Shown: positions 11,069 to 22,944 of the stretch, one piece after another
Layout: every line of letters starts with the position of its first letter
Position numbering within the stretch: position 1 is the stretch's first letter
Source of the DNA: Eledone cirrhosa
Lineage: Eukaryota
Direction: 5' to 3'
Assembly: GCA_964016885.1 (NCBI GenBank)
Contig: OZ024740.1
Span: 184,822,001-184,886,000 of the forward strand
Length of the DNA: 64,000 bases
The notes under the pieces: model-generated
What the model was told of the DNA's origin: nothing
The model's input: the letters and a program-made list of their open reading frames with translations, nothing else
The model's database searches: none
Made by a program: the position numbers and the translations under genes

Positions 11069-12671
11069 ATCAAAGATATGAAGACAGGTAAGGCGGCTGG
11101 GCCTTCGGAAATAGTTGCTGAGATGCTGAAGGCATCTGGTTCGGTGGGACACACCATGGTCACCCGGATAGTTAACCAAGTCGTACAGAATGGGGTTGTT
11201 CCGAAGGAATGGCGTAGCAGCATCATCGTTAACTACTATAAGGGAAAAGGAGATGCCCTAGATAGGAGTAACTATAGAGGCATTAAATTAATCGACCAGG
11301 TCATGAAGGTCACGGAAAAAGTAATAGCGCAACTAATCAGAGAGAGAATTGATCTAGATGAAATGCAGTTCGGGTTTGTGTCAGGCAAAAGTACCACAGA
11401 CGCTCTTTTCATTGTACGACAACTACAGGAGAAGTACCTAGCTAAAAGTAAACCCCTATACTTAGCTTTTGTCGACTTGGAGAAAGCCTTCGACAGAGTC
11501 CCCCGTTCCATTATCTGGTGGTCTCTTAGAAAACTAGGTGTTGACGAATGGCTTGTGAGAGCTATACAAGCCATGTATAAAGAAACAGTCAGTAAGGTTA
11601 GAATTAACAACGAATATAGTGAAGAGTTTAGCGTAAAAGTTGGTGTCCATCAGGGCTCTGTACTTAGCCCCCTACTATTTATTATTGCCCTTCAGGCTAT
11701 AACAGAGGAGTTCAAGACCGGCTGCCCATGGGAACTCCTATACACAGATGATCTAACGCTCATAGCTGAATCAATGACCGAACTAGAGAAGAAATTCCAA
11801 ACGTGGAAGCACGGCCTAGAATCAAAAGGCCTTAAAATTAACCTGGCTAAGACTAAAGTACTAGTTTGTAGGAAAGAAAATAAGGCGGCGGTCCCATCGG
11901 GGAAATGGCCATGCTCAGTGTGTAGGAAAGGCGTAGGTAGAAACTCCATTTTATGTCCCAAATGCAAAGTATGGGTGCATAAAAGATGTAGTGGGATCAC
12001 AGGTAAGCTAACTAAGAACATAGATTTTACATGAGGCCGGTGCTCTGGTGCAATAAGTAGCAGCAAGTGCCCACAAAATACTAGCTCCTTCAACTGCGCA
12101 GAGGGTTCTATAGAAATAGTGGACAAATAGTGGGGGAGGGTGCTCTGAAAGTACAGTAGCTAGAGTCAGAACTGGATGGAAAAAGTTCAGAGAGCTTATA
12201 CCACTATTAGCCGCTAGAGGGTTCTCCCTAAAAATGAAAGGCAGGTTATACGATGCCTGCATACGAACAGCAATGCTGCATGGCAGTGAGACCTGGGCAT
12301 TGTGTGCAGAGGATATACGCAGACTAGAGAGGAACGAAGCTTGCATGCTCCGCTGGATGTGCAATAGTAATATACGTGAACGGCAAAGCATAAACGAACT
12401 AAGGAAAAAATTAGAAATAAGAGGGATCAGATGTTGTTTACTCGAGAGAAGGCTACGTTGGTACGGTCACGTGATGCGCATGAAAGACGACAGCTGTATA
12501 ACAAAGTGCAGGGCAATAAAGATAGACGGTAGCCACGGAGTAGGCAGACCCAGAAAAACATGGGACGAGCTGATAAATTCCGACCTCACACGCTTACACC
12601 TCTCCAAGACAATGTCACTGGACCGAGACCTTTGGCGGTACTCAGTAATAGAGAAGACCCGCCTTACCTAA
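11069..12671 (+). pseudogene. RTE reverse transcriptase with PHD-like insert, disrupted
   Basis: Motifs [61 protein letters not shown] and GRPRKTW. There is a stop at 12032 and a deletion/frameshift near 12130. Confidence 0.92.
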
Positions 12672-12839
12672 ATACAAAGTAAAAACCTACTACAGTCAGT
12701 AGGCATCTCTATCAAAACACACCCCCGTCCCACCACCTCCACCCCACCCACACCGCCCCTTTCAATGTAAAGTTATGTTGGTCCCACAACATCCAGGCCG
12801 AGACAAATGAGATCGTGTAGGTGTCACGACAAAAAACAC

Positions 12840-13064
12840 ACAGTCCACGCTGTAAATGTGGCCGTGTAGGCAACACGGTAAAAACCTCCCAGCCCCACAC
12901 TGTAAATGTGGTTGGTGTTAGGAAGGGCATCCAGCTGTAGAAAACCCGCCAGACAGTCCACGCTGTAATGTGGCCGTGTAGGCAACACGGTAAAAACCTC
13001 CCAGCCCCACACTGTAAATGTGGTTGGTGTTAGGAAGGGCATCCAACTGTAGAAAACCCGCCAG
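12840..13064 (+). repeat. 113/112-bp tandem duplication inside the RTE 3' UTR
   Basis: Unit ACAGTCCACGCTGTAAATGTGG...GTAGAAAACCCGCCAG starts at 12840 and 12953. Confidence 0.9.
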
Positions 13065-13239
13065 ACAGTCCTATGCGAGCAAGACAACCACTCTTGCCTC
13101 AAGTGGGAAAACCCCCATCCAAACCCATGCAAGCGTGGAACACGGACGCTAAACCTGATGATGATGATGATGATGATGATATATATATACACACACACAC
13201 ACACTCACACACACACAGATATAGATATATAGATATAGA

Positions 13240-13722
13240 AGAAGGGTTTCTCCCTGCGTACGAAAGGCCGGTTGTATGATGCCTGTGTGAGTTGCGCGAT
13301 GCTGCATGGTAGTGAGACATGGGCAGCAACCGCAGAGGATATGCGACGGCTGGAGAGAAATGAGGCAAGCATGCTCCGTTGGATGTGCAGTGTAAATGTG
13401 CGTGAACGACCCAGCATAAATGTGTTGAGAGAGAAACTGTGTCTGAGAGGGATAGAATGTAGTGTACGGGAGAGGAGACTGAGGTGGTATGGACATGTGA
13501 TGCGCATGGAGGATGACCGATGGGTGAAGAAGTGCCAGGAAATGCCAGTTGAAGGAAGACGTGGTAGAGGTAGACCACGAAAAACATGGGCGGAGGTGGT
13601 GAGAACAGACCTCAGATCATTGAATCTCACGGTGGAGATGACGAGGGACCGTGACGAGTGGAGAGATGCTGTGCTGAATAAGACCCGTCCCACCCTTGCA
13701 AGCAGGGAAAAGCAGACGTAAA

Positions 13723-13753
<31 letters not shown>
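13240..13753 (+). mobile_element. RTE LINE 3' fragment (short-UTR subfamily)
   Basis: ORF 13272-13721 contains HGSETW...[10 protein letters not shown]...GRPRKTW...[13 protein letters not shown], directly followed by (GAT)n. Confidence 0.9.
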
Positions 13754-13754
<1 letters not shown>

Positions 13755-13914
13755 ACACATATAGATATAGATATATATATATAGATATATATATACACAT
13801 ATAGATATATATATAGATATATATACACATATAGATATATATATAGATATATATACACATATAGATATATATATATATACATATACATATATATATATAT
13901 ACACACACACATAT

Positions 13915-14135
13915 ATATATATTAAGAAAAACAAAGTTTCATTTACATGTAGTTAATTTCTTTATTGTATTTTTCGTTGAATCACCAGCCTGAAAAGCAG
14001 ATCGATAGTGGAGGTGGGTCTATAACTTCTATGAGTGACCCTAAGCCAGTCCTCTGCAAAACACACAAACAGTCAATACGCAACAAAAAAAACTAACTAT
14101 TTGTAAATGAAATTTCATATTTTTCTTAATATATA
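13915..14135. repeat. Imperfect inverted repeat (~45-bp arms)
   Basis: TATATTAAGAAAAACAAAGTTTCATTTACATGTAGTTA versus TAACTATTTGTAAATGAAATTTCATATTTTTCTTAATATA. Confidence 0.55.
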
Positions 14136-14498
14136 CACTCTGCCAGTACATTGAGTGTTCAATTGGTACTACCACCAGTAATTCACTGAATCATATACAC
14201 TTCGTTCAGTGTCTTGTCCTCTCTGTTAATTTTCCTAACTTTATCATTAATATTCTGTGACAAACGTTATCTTTTCTATCCCCTTACGTTTTTTAACATG
14301 ATATTTTACTTTCTTCTTCTTGCTTGTCTTCTTTTCTTTTTCTCTGTCTCATTCCGGAGACTCTCATGCTATAAGAAGCACCACACTTTTCCGTAACATC
14401 ACACAATTTCTATGCGTAGTTCTTATAGCTTAATTGCTGTGAATCAATGTTTTCTCTTTCATCTCTTACTCCTCTGGTCAGTGTTTGGTTTGTTTCAG

Positions 14499-14575
14499 GT
14501 GCTGTGTTCCTGGGTGTATTAGCAGTACCATTGGTAGGAGTCGAAACTGCCAAAGTCCACCTCAACGGCAAATGA
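14499..14575 (+). CDS. Possible terminal coding exon (membrane-protein/MFS-like C-terminus)
   Basis: A pyrimidine-rich tract ends TTGTTTCAG. The exon reads (G)AVFLGVLAVPLVGVETAKVHLNGK*, a hydrophobic stretch followed by an ET motif. Confidence 0.25.
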
Positions 14576-14744
14576 CAGTAGAGTTCTGTGTCCTTAGTTT
14601 GTATATTTATTTTAAAAGGCAATTTTTTAAGGTTCCCTTAAAAATGTTGTTATCATTTTGCTTTGTTATCATTCATTGTCTTGTCCTCTCTGTTAATTTT
14701 GCTATGTTTATCATATATATATATGTGTGTGTGCATAAATATAT

Positions 14745-15836
14745 CATTCATCATCACTGTTTAAGATTCATTTTTCCATGCTAGTATGGGTTAGACGAGT
14801 TGTCCCATTGTGAGACAAACCAGATCAGATGACCGTGTCTTGCACATGACAACTGATTTTGGATTGATTTCTATGACTTGATACCCTTCCTAATGCCAAC
14901 CGAATTTACAGTGTGTACTGGTTGCTTTTTGTCTCGACACTTACATGACTACTTTACAGCATAGTCATGACACCAGCATAACCACCTTACAGGGTGGACT
15001 GGGTGATTTTTGTTGCGACACCAAATACGACTCTCTTCCAATAATGACTGGGGGCTGGGGGTAAAAGAAATGCATGGGGATTGAAGAGGTATATCCAGTG
15101 TGGGGATGTGGATGAATCGTGAGGTGTTAGGACGTGCCCAAGTCTCATTACCATGTAACATTGCTTTTTATATACATGCATTATACAATCTACCCTTCAT
15201 TTTGAATGAAAAACCTTTTGTAGCTAGCAGTGGTAGTAGCTCCCTGAACTCTTTCTATCCTGTGCTCACTCTGGCTTCTGTACTTTCAGCATACCCATCT
15301 CCAGTGCTAATTTGGTCATCCAGGTAACAGAAGCAGCCAACTGCTTCTACAGAACTTTCCAAGAATTCGATAACACTTGTTTCCTCTCAGTGTTTGTTAC
15401 TTACTGTTCCTGTCCAATGGTTACAACTAAAAATTACATTCTTAGCTAACCTGCCTGACATCCCACTGCATCTCTTGTGTGCTCATAGCTTGCATTTGGG
15501 ACAGAGGATGGAATTTCTACCCATCCCTTTTCTACACACTGAGCAGGGCCATTTAGCAGAAAGGACCAGGCCCTTGTTTTCCTTACTACTTACTACAAAT
15601 TTGGTCTTTGCCAAGTTGACTTTAAGACCTTTTGATTATAGTTTATGCTTCCAGGTCAGGAATTTTTTCTCTAGTTCTATCATAGATTCAGCTATGAGAG
15701 CTAGATCATAAGCATACAGGAATTCCTATGGGTATTCTCTTTTAAACTCTTCTGATACAACCTGGAGGATGATAATAAACAGGAGATAGCTAAGGACAGA
15801 GCCTTGGTGGACCTCAACGTGCACATTAAACTCCTT
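14745..15836 (-). mobile_element. Degraded RTE LINE with SINE-core-containing 3' region
   Basis: Minus-strand peptides HQGSVLS, KVNLAKTK, KWPCSVCRKGMGRNSILCPKC and LHGNETWA. The tail and GGAAGGG core lie at 14745-14930. Confidence 0.8.
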
Positions 15837-16289
15837 TAGGTGAAAAACTGCTTTTTTTCAACATTTTAGGGTTTTTGTGAGGCGTTATGTCAGACCGATT
15901 TCCTTGAAATTGTAACTATGTATTAGTCAGTCTCTTGTTCATCCCGTGAGCAAAGAAAATCCAACTTTTTTATGGCCTAGGGCCCACATTAGATGAAAAA
16001 CTTCATTTTTTCAGCTTTTTAGGGCTTTTTGGAGGTGTTACGTCTAGCTGATTTTCCAAAAAATTTCAAGGTATACTTTGCACATAAAAAAAATTCATTT
16101 TCTTGATCCCTTAGGGCCGGCATTAGGTGAAAACCTGCATTTTTCCTGCTTCATCGAGGAAAATCTTAAAGATTCTCCAGCCATCAGAGTATTCGGTTTA
16201 TTTTCTTTACATATTGTCCAGGCATGCAGTTTTTCCACGATTAGGTCTGTTGGCGGCCCGCGTTCCAAAACGCCGGGTACCACTGCTAG
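15837..16289 (+). mobile_element. Helitron 3' fragment
   Basis: Subterminal hairpin CCCGCGTT-CCAA-AACGCCGGG, then TACCACTG-CTAG(16286-16289)|T. Degenerate internal repeats start TTAG(G/A)TGAAAA. The 5' TC end is absent. Confidence 0.7.
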
Positions 16290-16424
16290 TATATATATAT
16301 AATAATTTATTATTTTATTATACTACACTCTGTCTAGTCCTATACCTCGATACAGAAGTGAACCTAACCATCGAGTGCTCACCCGGGTGAACCTACACTA
16401 AATCCGCATTACACTCCCTGGATA

Positions 16425-16454
<30 letters not shown>

Positions 16455-16460
<6 letters not shown>

Positions 16461-16803
16461 TTTCATTTATTCATTTCATTTTACGTCCGCTTTTTCCCTG
16501 CTTGCAAGGGTGGGATGGGAACTGATTCTGGGTTGATTTCTACAGCTGGATGCCCTTCCTAACACCAACCTCATTTACAGTGAGTGCTGTGTGCTTTTTT
16601 GCTGTGGCACCTCCACGACCACTTTGCAGTGGAATGATATGGACCCCAGTCCCTATCATCTCATTTCTACAGCTGAGTAAACTGGAGCAATGTGAAATAA
16701 AGTGTCTTGCTCAAGAAAACAACACATCACCCGGTCTGAGAATTGAACTTACAACCTTTCGATTGCAAGGGCCAATGCTCTAACCACTAACCCATGTGCC
16801 TCC
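16455..16803 (-). mobile_element. SINE family B, full length
   Basis: Same structure as 10658-11003, with head GGAGGCACATGGGTTAGTGGTTAGAGCA. Confidence 0.85.
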
Positions 16804-16805
16804 TG

Positions 16806-16861
<56 letters not shown>

Positions 16862-16866
16862 CATAC

Positions 16867-16917
<51 letters not shown>

Positions 16918-17404
16918 CATACATACATATACATATATATATATATATACATACATATACATATATATATATATATATATACATACATACATATACATAT
17001 ATATATATACATACATACATATACATATATATATATACATACATACATATACATATACATACATACATATACATATATATATATACATACATACATATAC
17101 ATATATATATATATATATATACACATACATACATATACATATATATATATATATTCATACATACATACATACCTATACATATATATATATATATATATGC
17201 AAAACATAAACAAATCAAATGAAACAGTACAATTAAGAAATATATTAGTTTAATGCTTGATATAGTAGGAAAAGAGTCTAAAAGTTTTGGACTTCACCAG
17301 AAGATGGAATGAGAAATAAAAGGTGAAATAAAAAGATAGCGAGTGAGATGATGAAGAAATGAGAAAGATGTTTTCTGAGAAAAAAACACGTATGTATTCA
17401 GATG

Positions 17405-17550
17405 ATTTTTATTAAGGTTAAACCAGTGTCCTGTTGGGCTGTAATTTTCCTGCCATGTTCACAGGGTCATCAAGACTTGTCTGATGACCCTGTGAACACA
17501 CACGAGAAACTTCAGATTGACAGGACACTGACTCGATTTTAATAAAAACT
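17405..17550. repeat. Fold-back repeat centred next to a CTGATGA core
   Basis: GTTCACAGGGTCATCA-AGACTTGTC-TGATGACCCTGTGAAC, with outer arms CAGTGTCCTGT/ACAGGACACTG and TTTTATTAA/TTAATAAAA. Confidence 0.65.
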
Positions 17551-18389
17551 ATTAATCTCTATGATGGTATTGAATAAGTAACTTGACTGTCAATACAAAA
17601 TGGATATATATATATTTATGTGAGTGAGTGTCTGTGTGTAGGTATAGAGATATTTATGTCTGTCATTACTTTCAATTATGTTTCATTTTATGCCATTATA
17701 TATTTTTTATTCTTTTTCCAATTTTTTTTTTTACTGGTGTTGTATTTTTCTCAACATTTTTGTTGCATCATCATTGCAATTGAGTAGGCTGGTTGGCTGG
17801 TTGGCTGGCACTGTCTGAAGTAGGTGGGAGATTATGTACTGATGATGGTTACGAATGTGATGGTGGTAGTGGTGATGGTGGCTGTGAATGTGGTGGTGCT
17901 GCTGCTGCTGCTGGTGGTGTGGTAGAGAGTAGTACCATTATGTACGTGTGTTCGTAGGTATACAGGTATTATGGTGTAAATGTGTGATGTTCTAAACATG
18001 TGTAGGTGTATAGGTATTTGTTAGTTAATTGTGGTGTTTATGTGTGTAGGTGTGTTGATTTAGTGAGAGGAAGAAGAAAGATGAGGAGGATGAGGAGGAG
18101 GAGTGGAGGAGGAGGAGTGGAGGAGGAGGAGGGGAAGAAGGAGAAGAAAAAGAAGAAAGATGGATGAAAAACTCCAGCTAAATGTTTATTAAAATAATAT
18201 ATAATTATATATGATAAAAAACAATAAAAATAAGGAGGGGAGAAAATATGGCGTGAAAAGAAGGGAGAGAGTGAGGCAGAGAGAGGAGTGGGATAGAGTA
18301 CAGCATTAGAGAGAAGGAAGAATGGATGAAAAGTGTATAGTGATAGTTAATAAGAGAGAGGGAGAGAGGGGTGTGCTGCAAATTATATA

Positions 18390-19400
18390 TATATCATCCT
18401 CATCATCATCGTTTAACGTCCATCTTCCACACTACCATGAGTTAGACCCATTTAGAGGCAAATTGGGTTGGGTGACCATGTCTCGATCATATAGGACTGT
18501 TTCTGACTGGTTTTCTACAGCTGGATGCTCTTCATAATGCTAACCCCATTTACACTATATGCTGGGTGCTTTTGCCATGTCTTTTACACGACCACTTTAC
18601 AGTGGGGGCTGGATTTGTTGTGGTACCAACATAATATACATATATATCTTGATAATGATGTCCCACTCTTACAAGCAGGGAAAAGCGGACGTAAAATGAT
18701 GATGATGATGATGATGATGATATATATATATTTGTGTGTATATACATATATCATCATTATCAACACTGTTTTACATCTATTTTCCACGCTAGTATGGGTG
18801 AGATAAGTTGTCCTGTTGCGGGCAATGCTAGGTCAGGTGACCATATCTTGGTCATACAGAACTGATTCTGGTTTGGTTTCTACAGCTGGATGCCCTTCCT
18901 AATGCCAACCTCATTTATAGTGAGTACTGGGTGCTTTTTTTCATGATGCCTACACGACCACTTTACAGTGTAGACTGGGTGCTTTTTGTCATGATACCCA
19001 CATGACCACTTTTTTTCCCTGTCACCATCACTTCAACTGCTGATGATTCCTGTTTGCTTGTCACATGTAAATTTACCTTTCGTGACAGCCTGCCTGCGAT
19101 CTCATTAAATATCTTGTGTGGACACTGTTCACCCTGGGTACACTGTATGAAGTATCTACCCTCTCCTTTTCAGCTCAGCTTTTACCTGATGGTGTCTGAG
19201 TCCTCTTCACTGAAACCATATTTGCAAGATCTACTTTGAGACACTTTACTTTCAAATTTTGTTTCCATGTTGGGCACTTCTATTCTAATTCTGTTTTGTG
19301 TGGTAGATCATCAGCATACAAGAGTCCTTAAAGGCAGCCAGTATTGAATTCCTGTTATGGTTTGGAAGACTATAATGAATAGGAAGGGGAAGAGAATTGA
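18390..19400 (-). mobile_element. Cluster of family-B/RTE 3' pieces plus degraded RTE RT
   Basis: Two (ATC)n-tail plus TTTCTACAGCTGGATG cores, a plus-strand RTE tail at 18655-18721, and a degenerate LLYADDL remnant near 19305-19325. Confidence 0.65.
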
Positions 19401-19454
19401 GACATGGTGGACTGCTACTTACACACATATATATATATATATATCATCATATAC

Positions 19455-19505
<51 letters not shown>

Positions 19506-19665
19506 CATCATATTCATATATTATACATATATATATATTCATCACATACTTATATTATACATATATATATATTCATCACATTCATATATAGATATATAAG
19601 TATTTCGCTCTATCACTTGTATTAAGTTCTAATTATCTCTTTGCAAATTACTATATAGCAGTTGG

Positions 19666-19703
<38 letters not shown>

Positions 19704-20236
19704 AAAAGCAAAGCAAATAAATAAGGAATGAAAAAATGAAGGGTAGAAAGAGAAAGATAGAAAATAGAAATTAGGAATAAGGAATGATTCTCTGTGTGGG
19801 TGTATGTCTGTGTTGGGTGTATGTGTGTGAGTGCTTTTGTGGGTATGTTTGTATGGGTGTGTGTACATGTATGTGTGTGGATGGGTGTATGTGTTGGTGA
19901 GGTGTGTAGGGGTGAGTTGTGTGTGGGTGTTGGGGAGGGGATCATGATAAGAGAGGGGATTGGGAACTGAAGTAGTTAGATGAAAAAAGTAGAAAAAGTG
20001 AAGAAAATTATGTAAAAATATAAGAGGAGGAAGGGAGAAAGAAACAATAATAAAAAGCAGAGGGCAAATTTGAAAATGTTTTTTCTTTTTCTTTTGTGAA
20101 GCCACCACAGATGCTCATAATTATAAATAATAGTTGAATAAGTCAGGTAAAGTAAACTTGGAGATGGAAAAATAGTGGACACAAACACCCATGGGAAATG
20201 AATCATGCATCTATTTAACAATAATAATAATAACTA

Positions 20237-20405
20237 TTGTTTCTACTTTTGGCACAAGGCCAGCAATTACCCAGTGCATTACTGGTGCTTTATTTTATCA
20301 ACCCTGTAAGGATGAAAGGCAAAGTTAACCTCAGCCGGATTTGAACTCAGATCATAAAAGGCCATAACTCTATGCTGCAAAGTATGGCGTCCAACCCTCT
20401 ACCGA
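20237..20405 (-). mobile_element. SINE family A copy
   Basis: AAGGATGAAAGGCAAAGTTAACCTCAGCCGGATTTGAACTCAG, the reverse complement of the core and B box. Confidence 0.75.
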
Positions 20406-21329
20406 TAATAATAATTATGAAAATTATTGTGTACAGTGCTCAGGTGCACTACAACTCATCAAAGGTGCAGGTATTGTACATAGAATAATGTATAAATGTC
20501 AGGGCAGCTTTTTCCTGTGTGCATGAGTACTTTACCTGACATACTCAACTATTATTTATAGTTATCTGCAGTTGTGATGGCTTCCCACAAAAGTAGATTT
20601 TCATATGCCCTCATCATCAACGTCATCATTATTTAATATTCATTTTCCTTGCTAGCAAAGATTAAGGTTGGGAGGACCTTTCAGTTGTTTCAAGGACATG
20701 ATAGCCTCCTTCGTGTTGGTGAACTGCATGATAAATGCATTCAGTACATGCTGTAAGTTGGTTGGTGATATGAAAGGCATCCAGCCATAGAAAGCTTGCC
20801 ATACATGAACGAGATGCAGAACTCCTGCCTCCCACAACGTGTCTGGGAGGTCAATAGCCCTACTTCAGTATTGGTTTGGTCTATACAAACCCATTCAACT
20901 TGTGCTAGCAGGGAAAGCAGATGTTAAATGATGATATATCAACATGACCAATTCACATAATTGTGTTAATATCTGATGATCCCATGCTGATGTCAACTAT
21001 TGATTTAACAACTACATAATAACTACCCACCATGTCATTGAAATATGTATAATGTAATAAATACAATAATATCCATTTAAGCCCTCCTGATGAGTCCCCA
21101 CTTTTTTTTAAAAAACTTTTTATTTTCTTCCAAACTCTTCTCTTTCTTAACTTTACTTTTGTTTCTTTCCTGATGAAGGACTAACACCCGATTCATTGAG
21201 GACACACCCTTTTCATACAAGTATTAACCTAATAGTACTTTTTGTAATTGAAAGTTCCCCTCCAAGGCAGAAGACTGGGTAGTTGTTTGTGGCAATCACC
21301 CACGCATACCATTCTCCCCTCTCCATGCC

Positions 21330-21530
21330 ACTGATGTTTTCCAAGCAAAAGGCAATGGCCAATACAGCTTGGCACCAGTGACATTGTAACTCATTTCTAC
21401 AGCTGAGTAAACTGAAGCAGCATGAAATTGTCTTGCTTGAGGACACAACACATCACCATCACCTGGTCTAGGAACTAAACTCACAACCTAACGATTGTAA
21501 GCCCAACACCCTAACCACTAAGCCATACAC
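21330..21530 (-). mobile_element. SINE family B 5' half
   Basis: CTCATTTCTACAGCTGAGTAAACTG...CTAACCACTAAGCCA. Confidence 0.7.
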
Positions 21531-21718
21531 ATCTCTCTATATATGTATATATACACTCACACATATATATATACACACACACACAGATATATGTATATAT
21601 ATATAGAGAGAGAGAGAGCGTGAAACTAATAAACCTTTGTTTGTACTGCCTCTCTGTTTTCGTTCCCGTTCCAGTTTTCACTATATATATATATATATAT
21701 ATATACATATTTACATAA

Positions 21719-21749
<31 letters not shown>

Positions 21750-21812
21750 TTGTTTCATATAGAATTGACTTCTGCAGGAGTAGTACTGTTTCATTCAGGT
21801 GAAATCATCAAT
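21750..21812 (-). ncRNA. Hammerhead-core remnant of the 5390/46229 Penelope-type family
   Basis: Minus strand TTGATGA-TTTCACCTGAAT-GAAAC-AGTACTACTCCTGCAGAAG aligns with 5417-5460. Confidence 0.55.
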
Positions 21813-22390
21813 TTGAAATATAATTAAGAACTGTTTCTAATCATTGTATTGAATATAGTGAGTACCTTATTTTAGTTGTCATCTTCTTCTGTCCTCAACA
21901 GAAAACCATTCTATGTATTGGCCAACCAATGCCAGCATGGAAAAGCTGATGTATGATGATAATGTTTGAAGGGTGGATGGAACCAATGACATGAGCAAAA
22001 ACAATACTTTTCAACAAGAGGTCAACAACTCTCCATCAAACGTACAGTAGGAGGATGGGGTTTGGGTGGAAGCCTGATTAAGATTTTTCTTTATGGCATT
22101 GCTGACTCTTATGGTAATCTGTGTACATTATTGTCATTCTCAGACAGTGGCCTTGCTTAACATCTGACTTAGGAAGTGCTAAGTAATAGAAGCCCCCTGA
22201 TAAATTTGAGGGTTGGATCATGTAATGTAGTTTGAATCAGTTTGATCAAGGATTATCTTTATCTCATCTTAACACTTTATCCACACTATTGTCTGCTGAT
22301 GTGTGATATGCATTGTCAGAAATGACAGATACATAACATTTATCCAGACACATAGACACACAAACAGACACACACATATATATATATAGA

Positions 22391-22436
<46 letters not shown>

Positions 22437-22477
22437 CGTTCAGTGAAAGCTTCCAGGAGACAATGATGATATATATA

Positions 22478-22908
22478 TCATCATCATCATCACTGTTTTA
22501 CGTCTGTTCTTCCACACTACCATGGGTTGGACGGGTTGTCCTGTTGTGGGTAGTGTCCATTCGGCTGACCTTGTCTTGCTCATACGGAAACTGATGCTGG
22601 ATGATTTCTACAGCTGGATGCCCTTCCTAACACCAACCTCATTTACAGTGAGTGCTGGGTGCATTTTTTTTCGTGGCACCTACACGCCTACTTTACAGTG
22701 TGGGCTGGGTGCTTTTTTGCCATGGCACTTCCACAACCACTTTGCAGTGGAATGATAGGGACACCAGTTCTATCTCATTTCTACAGCTGAGTAAATTGGA
22801 GCAATGTGAAATAAACTGTCTTGCTCAAGGAAACAACACATCACCCAGTCTGAGAATTGAACTCACAACCTTTCGATTGCAAGCCTCTAACCAATAAGCC
22901 ATGTGCAT
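22478..22908 (-). mobile_element. SINE family B, full length, with an extra internal module
   Basis: Same head, core and tail as the other B copies, but with two TTTACAGTG...CTGGGTGCTTTTT modules. Confidence 0.82.
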
Positions 22909-22944
22909 TCATATATATATATGAAGGCACATATAATATATAAT

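Larger units (their letters stand above)
11034..13180 (+). mobile_element. 5'-truncated RTE LINE with extended 3' UTR
   Basis: RT ORF remnants, a ~500-bp 3' UTR and tail CCCATGCAAGCGTGGAACACGGACGCTAAACC(TGA)n. Both flanks are TA repeats. Confidence 0.9.

Noticed and set aside
14485-14784. THAP-like start CCVPGC
   Set aside because: The downstream FP, W, CxxHF and AVPT motifs are absent.
16730-16803. tRNA gene
   Set aside because: It has A/B boxes but no complete cloverleaf, and it runs into a SINE body.
17830-18380. GGT/GCT/GAG-rich tract suggesting a low-complexity protein
   Set aside because: Simple repeats with no sustained ORF or splice signals.
21085-21200. Two CTGATGA motifs
   Set aside because: No correctly placed GAAA box or supporting stems.
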